Source of the DNA: Erythrobacter aureus
GTDB taxonomy: Bacteria; Pseudomonadota; Alphaproteobacteria; Sphingomonadales; Sphingomonadaceae
Assembly (NCBI RefSeq): GCF_003355455.1
Contig: NZ_CP031357.1
Span: 2,002,489 to 2,026,488, forward strand
DNA length: 24,000 nt
Direction of reading: 5' to 3'
A program made the position numbers and the translations under genes. This document shows positions 1-6,588 of the stretch, in pieces (within the stretch, counting starts at the first letter, position 1; each line of letters opens with the position of its first letter). Below the pieces are notes generated by a model that was not told the DNA's origin, searched no databases, and saw nothing but the letters and a program-made list of their open reading frames with translations.

Positions 1-624
1 CTGCGCGCGCTCAAGAACCGCTTCGGCGCGGTCGACGAGATCGGCGTCTTCGCCATGGCGGGGGAAGGGCTGGAAGAGGTCGACAATCCTTCGATGCTGT
101 TCCTGTCCGGCCGCGACGAGCCGATGGCGGGCAGCGCGGTGTTCCCGGCAATCGAAGGCACGCGGCCGGTGCTGGTCGAAATCCAGGCGCTGATCGTGCG
201 GCTGCAATCGGGCGCGACGCCGAGGCGGGCGGTTGTGGGCTGGGACAATGGCCGCCTTGCGATGCTGCTGGCGGTGCTGGAATCGCGCTGCGGGCTGAAC
301 TTCTCTTCGGCCGAGGTCTATCTCAATGTCGCTGGCGGTTATCGTCTCTCCGATCCCGCCGCCGATCTGGCGGTTGCCGCGGCGCTGGTCAGCGCGATGG
401 CCGACAAGCCGCTTCCACCGCGCAGCGTCTGGCTCGGCGAAGTGTCGCTTGCCGGAGAGATCCGGCCTGTGGCCCATGGCGGTTTGCGGCTGCGCGAAGC
501 GGCCAAGCTTGGCTTCGATTGCGGCTTCGGGCCGTCCGACGTGAAGAGCAGCTCGTCCGCGCTTCGCTATGACGGTTTGGGACAATTGGCCAATCTCGTT
601 GACCGGATAATCGGGAACCCATAA
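1..624 (+). CDS. radA: DNA repair protein RadA/Sms, C-terminal part (5' end lies outside the window)
   Basis: Frame 1 is open from the window edge. Translation LRALKNRFGAVDEIGVF...GTRPVLVEIQALI...WDNGRLAMLLAVLE...GEVSLAGEIRPV contains the RadA KNRFG motif and the Lon-protease-like C-terminal domain. Stop TAA at 622-624. Confidence 0.93.
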   Translation: MRALKNRFGAVDEIGVFAMAGEGLEEVDNPSMLFLSGRDEPMAGSAVFPAIEGTRPVLVEIQALIVRLQSGATPRRAVVGWDNGRLAMLLAVLESRCGLNFSSAEVYLNVAGGYRLSDPAADLAVAAALVSAMADKPLPPRSVWLGEVSLAGEIRPVAHGGLRLREAAKLGFDCGFGPSDVKSSSSALRYDGLGQLANLVDRIIGNP

Positions 625-647
625 ATCCGCCATTTCAAGGAAGGGTC

Positions 648-1169
648 ATGACGGGTTTCGATTACTTAGTCCTGCTGATCGTCGGCATTGCCGCGGCCGG
701 TGGATTCATGCGCGGTTTCATGCAGGAAATCCTGTCGCTGGCGGCCTGGATTCTGGCGGCTTTCGCGATCCGTTTCCTGCACAGGCCTCTGACGCTGGCG
801 CTGGAAGAGTATATCGGCCCCGAAATCACGACTTCGCTGCTATCCTTCACCCTGCTGCTTCTGATCCCCTATGCCGCGATGAAAGTCATCGCCAGCAATG
901 TCGGAACCGCTTCACGCGGTTCGATCATGGGGCCGATCGATCGCGTATTGGGTTTTGGCTTCGGAGCCTTGAAGGGGGTGTTAATCGTGGTCATCGCTTT
1001 CTCGCTGCTTGTGCTGGGTTATGACGGGATTTGGGGCTATAAGGGGCGACCGAGCTGGATCACTACCGCGCGGAGTTATGAGCTCGTCGATGCAAGTTCG
1101 CGCGCGCTGGTCGAAGCCCTCGCGGAACGTCGGTCGCGCCTGCGCGAGCAGTCTGCCGACGGGCAATAA
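648..1169 (+). CDS. cvpA: CvpA family (colicin V production) inner-membrane protein
   Basis: 173 aa with several hydrophobic helices. N-terminus MTGFDYLVLLIVGIAAAGGFMRGFMQEILSLAAW is typical of CvpA. SD-like aaggaaggg lies just upstream of the ATG. The position directly after radA is the classic radA-cvpA synteny. Confidence 0.85.
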   Translation: MTGFDYLVLLIVGIAAAGGFMRGFMQEILSLAAWILAAFAIRFLHRPLTLALEEYIGPEITTSLLSFTLLLLIPYAAMKVIASNVGTASRGSIMGPIDRVLGFGFGALKGVLIVVIAFSLLVLGYDGIWGYKGRPSWITTARSYELVDASSRALVEALAERRSRLREQSADGQ

Positions 1170-1603
1170 TGGACACCCCGCGCGCACCCGCGCTTTATTC
1201 GCCGCAGCTTTTGGCACTGGCCATCGAACTGGCGGACTATCCCTTCGACGGGGCCGCTGCGGCCACCGGGCGCGCGCGATCGCGTAGTTGCGGCAGCGTG
1301 ATCGAGCTGTCATCGTCCGGGTCCGAACGGCTCGCGGACATTGGATTGAAAGCCACAGCCTGCGCGGTCGGACAGGCTTCGGCAGCTATCTTCGCCCGGG
1401 AGGCGCAAGGGATGGACCGGGCAGAAGTCGGCGATATGCTTCGCGCCTTGGAAAGCTGGCTGGCGGGCACTGCTCCGAGTTCGATCCTGCCGCGGCTCGA
1501 ATTGCTCGAGCCCGCGCGTCGACATCACGGCCGGCACGAAGCGATCCTGCTGCCGTGGAGAGCGGCGCTGGACGCGCTTTCCAAGCCCTCTGACGCTCGC
1601 TAG
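1169..1603 (+). CDS. IscU/NifU-N-like iron-sulfur scaffold-fold protein (divergent, only two of the three canonical Cys)
   Basis: 144 aa. The ATG overlaps the cvpA TAA by 1 nt. Segments RSCGSVIEL, KATACAVGQASAAIF and RHEAILLPWRAALDAL align by eye with IscU ACGDVMKL, YGCGSAIASSSL and IHCSILAEDAIKAAI. The third Cys position is Glu. Confidence 0.6.
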   Translation: MDTPRAPALYSPQLLALAIELADYPFDGAAAATGRARSRSCGSVIELSSSGSERLADIGLKATACAVGQASAAIFAREAQGMDRAEVGDMLRALESWLAGTAPSSILPRLELLEPARRHHGRHEAILLPWRAALDALSKPSDAR

Positions 1604-1648
1604 ACCGGCATGTCGAGAAGATGAATATCGCGAAGGAGGGAGCGCGAA

Positions 1649-3295
1649 ATGGTCGAGGGTGCCGTCACGCCGCACAGGGAGCCGACGGAAAAGGAGATCC
1701 GTCTCGTGATCGCCGCGAGCAGCGCCGGCACGGTCTTCGAATGGTATGATTTTTTCATCTATGGGACTCTCGCCGGACTGATCGGCGCGGCCTTTTTTCC
1801 CAGCGATAACGAGACGCTCGAAATCTTGCTGGTCTGGGCAGGCTTCGCGGTCGGTTTCGGATTTCGTCCACTTGGCGCAATCCTTTTCGGCTTTCTCGGC
1901 GACCGACTGGGCCGGAAATATACCTTCCTCGTCACGGTCACGCTGATGGGCATTGCGACGGCGGGCGTCGGCCTGATTCCGAGCGCGGCCAGCATCGGCT
2001 TGGCAGCGCCGATTATCGTGATCTGCTTGCGGATATTGCAGGGCCTGGCCCTGGGCGGCGAATATGGGGGCGCGGCAATCTATGTAGCCGAACATGCCCC
2101 GCCGGAAAAGCGCGGTTTCTATACCAGCTTTATCCAGGCGAGCGTGGTTGGCGGCTTCGTGCTGTCGATCGCGGTGGTGATTGCCTGCCGCGCCCTGATC
2201 CCGGCCGACGATTTCGCGGCCTGGGGCTGGCGCATTCCCTTCCTGCTGTCGATCGTGCTGCTGTTCATCTCGCTCTGGATGCGGCTGAAACTGTCGGAAA
2301 GCCCCGTGTTCCAGGCGATGAAGGCTGCTGGCGAAACCAGCGCCAATCCGTTCAAGGAAAGCCTGACCTATCCCGGCAATCCGAAGCGGATTTTCGTGGC
2401 CTTGTTCGGCATTACCGGCGTTCTCACGACGATCTGGTACACAGCCTTCTTCTCTGGCCTTTCGTTCCTGCGCGGGCCGATGCGCGTGGACGAAAGCGTG
2501 GTGGAATGGATGCTGCTGATCGCGGGCACGATTTCGATGAGCTTCTACGTCGTGGTCGGCAAGTGGTCCGACAGGGTGGGGCGCAAAAAACCGATCATTA
2601 TCGGCGCCATTGCTTCGCTGGTTCTGCTGTTTCCCGTGTTCTGGGCCATCGGTTCGCTGGCAAATCCAGGGCTGGAGCGCAGCGCGCGCGCTGCCCCGGT
2701 GACGGTCAGCGGGCCTGCATGTGAATACGACCCTTTCGCCGAGGTTCAGGCCAGTCCGTGCGGCCGCGCGCTTCAGGACCTTACCGCGCTCGGCATTCCC
2801 TATACCATCGATGACGCGGCGGCAGCCCAGCTTGCCATCGGAAGCAGGATCTATGGCTACGAAGACCTGCCCGACGATACACGCCGGGCGAGCATTCAGT
2901 CATGGCTCGAAACCAATGGATATGATTTCACCCGCCAGACACCACCGCTCGCGAGCCTGGTCGGGATCGTCGCCCTGTTGCTGTTGCTGGGCGTGTTGTC
3001 GGCGCTGACCTACGGCTCGGTCGCGGCCTTGCTGTCGGAGATGTTTCCCGCGAAAATCCGGTATAGCTCGATGTCGATCCCATACCATATCGGTGCGGGC
3101 TATCTCGGCGGTTTCCTGCCACTGATCGCCGGCTATATCGTGGCGATGACCGGCAACGCCTATGCAGGCCTTTGGTACACGATAGCGGTAGTCGGCTTTG
3201 GCTTGATTGTCGCTTGGTGGGGTCTGCCGGATGGGCCACCGCGCGATTTCGAGGATAGCGGGCAGGACCCGCCTGCATCCCCAGTTCTTCCGTGA
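1649..3295 (+). CDS. MFS transporter, metabolite:H+ symporter (MHS) family, with a large extra loop
   Basis: 548 aa. Strong SD aaggaggg about 8 nt upstream. MHS signature FEWYDFFIYGTLAGLIGAAFF, loop motifs GFLGDRLGRK and GKWSDRVGRKK, and 12 hydrophobic segments. A hydrophilic insertion of about 95 aa sits between TM9 and TM10. Confidence 0.9.
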   Translation: MVEGAVTPHREPTEKEIRLVIAASSAGTVFEWYDFFIYGTLAGLIGAAFFPSDNETLEILLVWAGFAVGFGFRPLGAILFGFLGDRLGRKYTFLVTVTLMGIATAGVGLIPSAASIGLAAPIIVICLRILQGLALGGEYGGAAIYVAEHAPPEKRGFYTSFIQASVVGGFVLSIAVVIACRALIPADDFAAWGWRIPFLLSIVLLFISLWMRLKLSESPVFQAMKAAGETSANPFKESLTYPGNPKRIFVALFGITGVLTTIWYTAFFSGLSFLRGPMRVDESVVEWMLLIAGTISMSFYVVVGKWSDRVGRKKPIIIGAIASLVLLFPVFWAIGSLANPGLERSARAAPVTVSGPACEYDPFAEVQASPCGRALQDLTALGIPYTIDDAAAAQLAIGSRIYGYEDLPDDTRRASIQSWLETNGYDFTRQTPPLASLVGIVALLLLLGVLSALTYGSVAALLSEMFPAKIRYSSMSIPYHIGAGYLGGFLPLIAGYIVAMTGNAYAGLWYTIAVVGFGLIVAWWGLPDGPPRDFEDSGQDPPASPVLP

Positions 3296-3302
3296 GACCC
3301 GC

Positions 3303-4337
3303 ATGACCGAACTCCCGCCGCCGACCTTGCGGCTGCATATCGATGACGCCGCGTTGGCGAGCAACTGGCGCGCACTCGACACGCTTTCCGGAAAGGCTCG
3401 CGCGGGGGCGGCGGTGAAGGCCGATTGCTATGGCCTGGGCGTGGATCGGTGCGTGCCGGTCCTGCGCGATGCGGGCTGCCGCGATTTCTTCGTCGCGCAT
3501 TGGAGCGAGGTGCCCGCTATCCTCGCGCATGTTCCGGCCGATCGGGTCGCGGTGCTTCACGGCCCGTCGACATCGGACGATGTGGAGTTTGCCCGCGCTA
3601 CCGGCGTCCGTCCGGTTATCGACAGCCTGCGGCAGGCCACGCTCTGGACGGAGGGCGGGGGCGGTCCCTGCCACCTGATGATCGATACGGGCATTAATCG
3701 CCTCGGCATTTCGCCCGGCGAAGCGGATGCCCCTGCCATTCAGGCGCTCAATGTAGAGGTGGTGATGAGCCACCTGGCCTGCGCCGACGAAAATAGCGCC
3801 ATGAATGCACGCCAATTGGCAGCATTCCGTGCTTGTCTTCCGCAGGTGTCGCACAAGGAGGCAAGTCTCGCGAACAGCGCGGGGATAGCCTTGGGCGCCG
3901 AGTATGGCTTCGATCTGACGCGGCCCGGGCTCTCGCTTTATGGCGGCGTTCCTAGAGACGAGCTTGCCGATGACATAAGGCAGGTGGTCAGCCCGCAAGC
4001 CGCGCTGATCCAGACCCGCGAAATCGATGCCGGGTCGACCGTCGGCTACAACGCCACCTTCACCGCACGGCGCAGGATGAAGATCGGGGTCGTCTCGCTC
4101 GGCTATGCCGATGGCATTTTACGCAGTTGGGCGGGGGCGTATTTTACGCAAGGAGACAGGCGTCTTCCGGTTCTGGGAAAAGTATCCATGGACATGATCG
4201 TCCTCGATCTTTCCGAGGCGTCCGAACTTGCCGAGGGCGACTGGGTCGAACTGCCCTACCATCTGCCCGATGCTGCGCGGCAAACCACTCTATCGCAATA
4301 TGAATTGCTCACCGTACTCGGCAATCGCTTCGGTTGA
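3303..4337 (+). CDS. alr: Alanine racemase
   Basis: MTELPPPTLRLHIDDAAL...AAVKADCYGLG (PLP-lysine motif)...VMSHLACAD...GKVSMDMIVLD. I chose the ATG at 3303 rather than the ORF-track start at 3207. The 3207 start would overlap the MFS gene by 89 nt and adds Arg-rich non-homologous sequence. Confidence 0.9.
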   Translation: MTELPPPTLRLHIDDAALASNWRALDTLSGKARAGAAVKADCYGLGVDRCVPVLRDAGCRDFFVAHWSEVPAILAHVPADRVAVLHGPSTSDDVEFARATGVRPVIDSLRQATLWTEGGGGPCHLMIDTGINRLGISPGEADAPAIQALNVEVVMSHLACADENSAMNARQLAAFRACLPQVSHKEASLANSAGIALGAEYGFDLTRPGLSLYGGVPRDELADDIRQVVSPQAALIQTREIDAGSTVGYNATFTARRRMKIGVVSLGYADGILRSWAGAYFTQGDRRLPVLGKVSMDMIVLDLSEASELAEGDWVELPYHLPDAARQTTLSQYELLTVLGNRFG

Positions 4338-4350
4338 CCTTTGCGTCATG

Positions 4351-4393
4351 TTGCGCCGCAGTTTGTGCACATGCTAAGCCCCTTGCAACGCAC
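4351..4393 (+). promoter_or_regulatory. Candidate PhaR autoregulatory operator: two TTGC-N3-GCA half-palindromes
   Basis: TTGCgccGCAG at 4351-4361 and TTGCaacGCAC at 4383-4393, centres 32 bp apart, in the 75-bp alr-phaR gap. Reported PhaR sites are TGC-rich (CTGC-N3-GCAG type). This is a motif match only. Confidence 0.3.
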
Positions 4394-4412
4394 AATTGGG
4401 GAGCATGCGCAT

Positions 4413-4955
4413 ATGGCAAAGCGGACCGCCGAGGGCGAACCGATCATCATCAAGAAATACGCCAACCGGCGGCTCTACAATACCGACACCAGCAGCTACA
4501 TCACGCTGGACGATCTGGCCAAGATGGTTCGCGAGAACGTCGACTTCCACGTGCTCGACGCAAAGTCCGGCGATGATATCACGCATACCATCCTGACGCA
4601 GATCATCGTCGAAGAAGAAAGCCACGGCACACAGATGCTGCCCGTCAGCTTTCTGCGCGATCTCATCTCCATGTATGGCAATTCGATGCAGGCGATGATG
4701 CCGAGCTATCTCGAGGCGAGCATGGCGAACCTGCGCAAGAATCGCGAGCAGTTGCAGGCAGCCTTCGCCAAGGGAATCGAAAGTAACCCCCTGGCCAAAA
4801 TGGCCGAAGCCAATTTCAAGATGATGCAGAATGCCGCCGAGGCCTTTATCCCGGGCCGAGCGAAGAGTCCCAAGGCTGACCAGTCCGACGAGTTGGCCCA
4901 GATGCGCAAGCAGATGGCCGAAATGCAGAAGAAGCTGGACGAGATCAGCAAATAG
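4413..4955 (+). CDS. phaR: Polyhydroxyalkanoate synthesis repressor PhaR
   Basis: MAKRTAEGEPIIIKKYANRRLYNTDTSSYITLDDLAKMVRENVDFHVLDAKSGDDITHTILTQII is the PHB/PHA accumulation regulator DNA-binding domain. The ATG at 4413 is preceded by ggggag about 10 nt upstream. Confidence 0.9.
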   Translation: MAKRTAEGEPIIIKKYANRRLYNTDTSSYITLDDLAKMVRENVDFHVLDAKSGDDITHTILTQIIVEEESHGTQMLPVSFLRDLISMYGNSMQAMMPSYLEASMANLRKNREQLQAAFAKGIESNPLAKMAEANFKMMQNAAEAFIPGRAKSPKADQSDELAQMRKQMAEMQKKLDEISK

Positions 4956-5004
4956 CGGCATCGGCCCGCGCGCCGATCCGACCAGCAATTACGGGAAATA
5001 CAAC

Positions 5005-6546
5005 GTGGCCCACATCCGCCATGCCTTGAAGACCAAGCGCGAAGACGATTTCGCCGCCTGGTACCAGGAAGTTATCAGCGCCGCCGAAATGGCCGAGGAA
5101 TCGGGCGTGCGCGGTTGCATGGTCATCCGCCCGTGGGGTTGGGGGATCTGGGAGCGGATGCAGCGCCTGCTGGACGACCGGATCAAGGCGACGGGACACG
5201 ACAACTGCTATTTCCCGCTGTTCATCCCGCTCTCCAATTTCGAGCGCGAAGCCGAGCACGTCGAAGGTTTCGCCAAGGAAATGGCGGTCGTCACCCATCA
5301 TCGCCTCATCGCTGGCGCGGACGGCGGGTTGGTCCCCGATCCCGAAGCGAAGCTGGAAGAACCGCTGGTCGTTCGCCCCACTTCCGAAACCATCATCGGC
5401 GATGCCATGGCGCGCTGGGTGCAAAGCTGGCGCGACCTGCCGTTGAAGCTCAACCAGTGGGCCAATGTCGTGCGCTGGGAAATGCGCACCCGCATGTTCC
5501 TGCGCACCAGCGAGTTTCTCTGGCAGGAAGGCCACACCGCCCATGCCGACGAGGCCGAGGCGAAGGACCACACGCTCACCATGCTCGAGGTCTATCGCGC
5601 CTTTGCCGACGAGGATCTCGCACTGGCCGTCATTCCGGGCGAGAAGCCCGAGAACGAACGCTTCCCCGGCGCGGTCGAGACCTGGTCGATCGAAGCCATG
5701 ATGCAGGATGGCAAGGCGTTGCAGGCCGGCACCAGCCATTATCTCGGTACCAATTTCGCCAAGGCCAGCGGCATCAAGTTCCAAAACAAGGAAGGCAGCG
5801 AAAGCCTCGCCCATACCACCAGCTGGGGCGTCTCCACCCGGATGGTCGGCGGTGTCATTATGACGCATGGCGATGACGACGGCCTGCGCCTGCCGCCCAA
5901 GATCGCACCGCAGCAGGTCGTTATCCTGCCGATGCTGCGCGACAAACCCGAGGACGAGACGCTGATCGACTATTGCGAGGCGCTCCGCGCGACGCTGGCG
6001 AGCCAGATTGTGCTCGGCGAGCCGCTGCGCGTGCTGCTCGACACACGCCCCGGCAAGGCGGCGCAGAAGCGCTGGGACTATGTGCGCAAGGGCGCCCCGA
6101 TCATCGTCGAGGTCGGTGGCCGCGACATGGAGAACGGCGTCGTCAGCCTGCTGCGCCGCGACCGGCTATGGGATGCCGAAACCGGCAAGCCCGCCTTCCA
6201 GAACCCGACCCGCCAAGTGGCCGGGAAGGCCATTCCCGATATCCTCGCCGACATGCAGGCCGCGCTGCTGACCGAAGCGGCCGAACGCCGCGATGCCAAC
6301 ATTACGCGCGGCGTCACCGATTTTTCCGAGGTCGAAAAGCACTTCGCGGCCTCGCGTTATCCCGGCTGGATCGAGGTCCAGTGGTCGAAGCCCACAGGTG
6401 CGGCGCTTGAGAAGGTCGTCGAGCGGCTCAAGGAGCACAAGCTCACCATTCGCAACGTGCCGATGGATGCCGCGCCTGCCGACGGTAGCTGCATCTTCAC
6501 CGGAGATCCGGCAGTGGAACGCATCCTTATGGCCAAGGCTTACTAG
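5005..6546 (+). CDS. proS: Proline--tRNA ligase, archaeal/Thermus-like type (no INS editing domain, C-terminal Tyr)
   Basis: DFAAWYQEVISAAEMAEESGVRGCMVIRPWGWGIWE...YFPLFIP...EAEHVEGFAKEMAVVTH...RPTSET...NVVRWEMRTRMFLRTSEFLWQEGHTAH...GTSHYLG...MTHGDDDGLRLPP...MAKAY. The start is assigned to GTG 5005, the first in-frame start after the phaR stop. The ORF-track start at 4831 would overlap phaR by 125 nt. Confidence 0.9.
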   Translation: MAHIRHALKTKREDDFAAWYQEVISAAEMAEESGVRGCMVIRPWGWGIWERMQRLLDDRIKATGHDNCYFPLFIPLSNFEREAEHVEGFAKEMAVVTHHRLIAGADGGLVPDPEAKLEEPLVVRPTSETIIGDAMARWVQSWRDLPLKLNQWANVVRWEMRTRMFLRTSEFLWQEGHTAHADEAEAKDHTLTMLEVYRAFADEDLALAVIPGEKPENERFPGAVETWSIEAMMQDGKALQAGTSHYLGTNFAKASGIKFQNKEGSESLAHTTSWGVSTRMVGGVIMTHGDDDGLRLPPKIAPQQVVILPMLRDKPEDETLIDYCEALRATLASQIVLGEPLRVLLDTRPGKAAQKRWDYVRKGAPIIVEVGGRDMENGVVSLLRRDRLWDAETGKPAFQNPTRQVAGKAIPDILADMQAALLTEAAERRDANITRGVTDFSEVEKHFAASRYPGWIEVQWSKPTGAALEKVVERLKEHKLTIRNVPMDAAPADGSCIFTGDPAVERILMAKAY

Positions 6547-6558
6547 CACGCGCGTGAC

Positions 6559-6579
6559 ATGGGGACTTCGGGTCCCCAT
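6559..6579 (+). terminator. Stem-loop 12 nt after the proS stop (ATGGGGAC-uucgg-GTCCCCAT); possible terminator or RNA-stability hairpin without a U-tract
   Basis: An 8-bp perfect stem with a 5-nt loop is read directly from the sequence. It is followed by ATTGCGCGC, so there is no T-run. It contains the ATG that the ORF track uses as the rnr start. Confidence 0.3.
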
Positions 6580-6588
6580 ATTGCGCGC

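Noticed and set aside
3207-3302. Upstream extensions of ORF-track starts: alr from 3207, proS from 4831, tatD from 22481, pdhC from 9868, phaR from 4341
   Set aside because: The extensions overlap the preceding gene or add Arg/Pro-rich sequence unrelated to the family. Internal starts give canonical N-termini, usually with start/stop coupling or an SD.
2928-3998. 356-aa minus-strand ORF across the MFS 3' end and alr
   Set aside because: It is a shadow frame of alr and the MFS gene. The product is extremely Arg/Pro/Ser/Gly-rich with no domain signature. The plus-strand genes are supported by clear family motifs.
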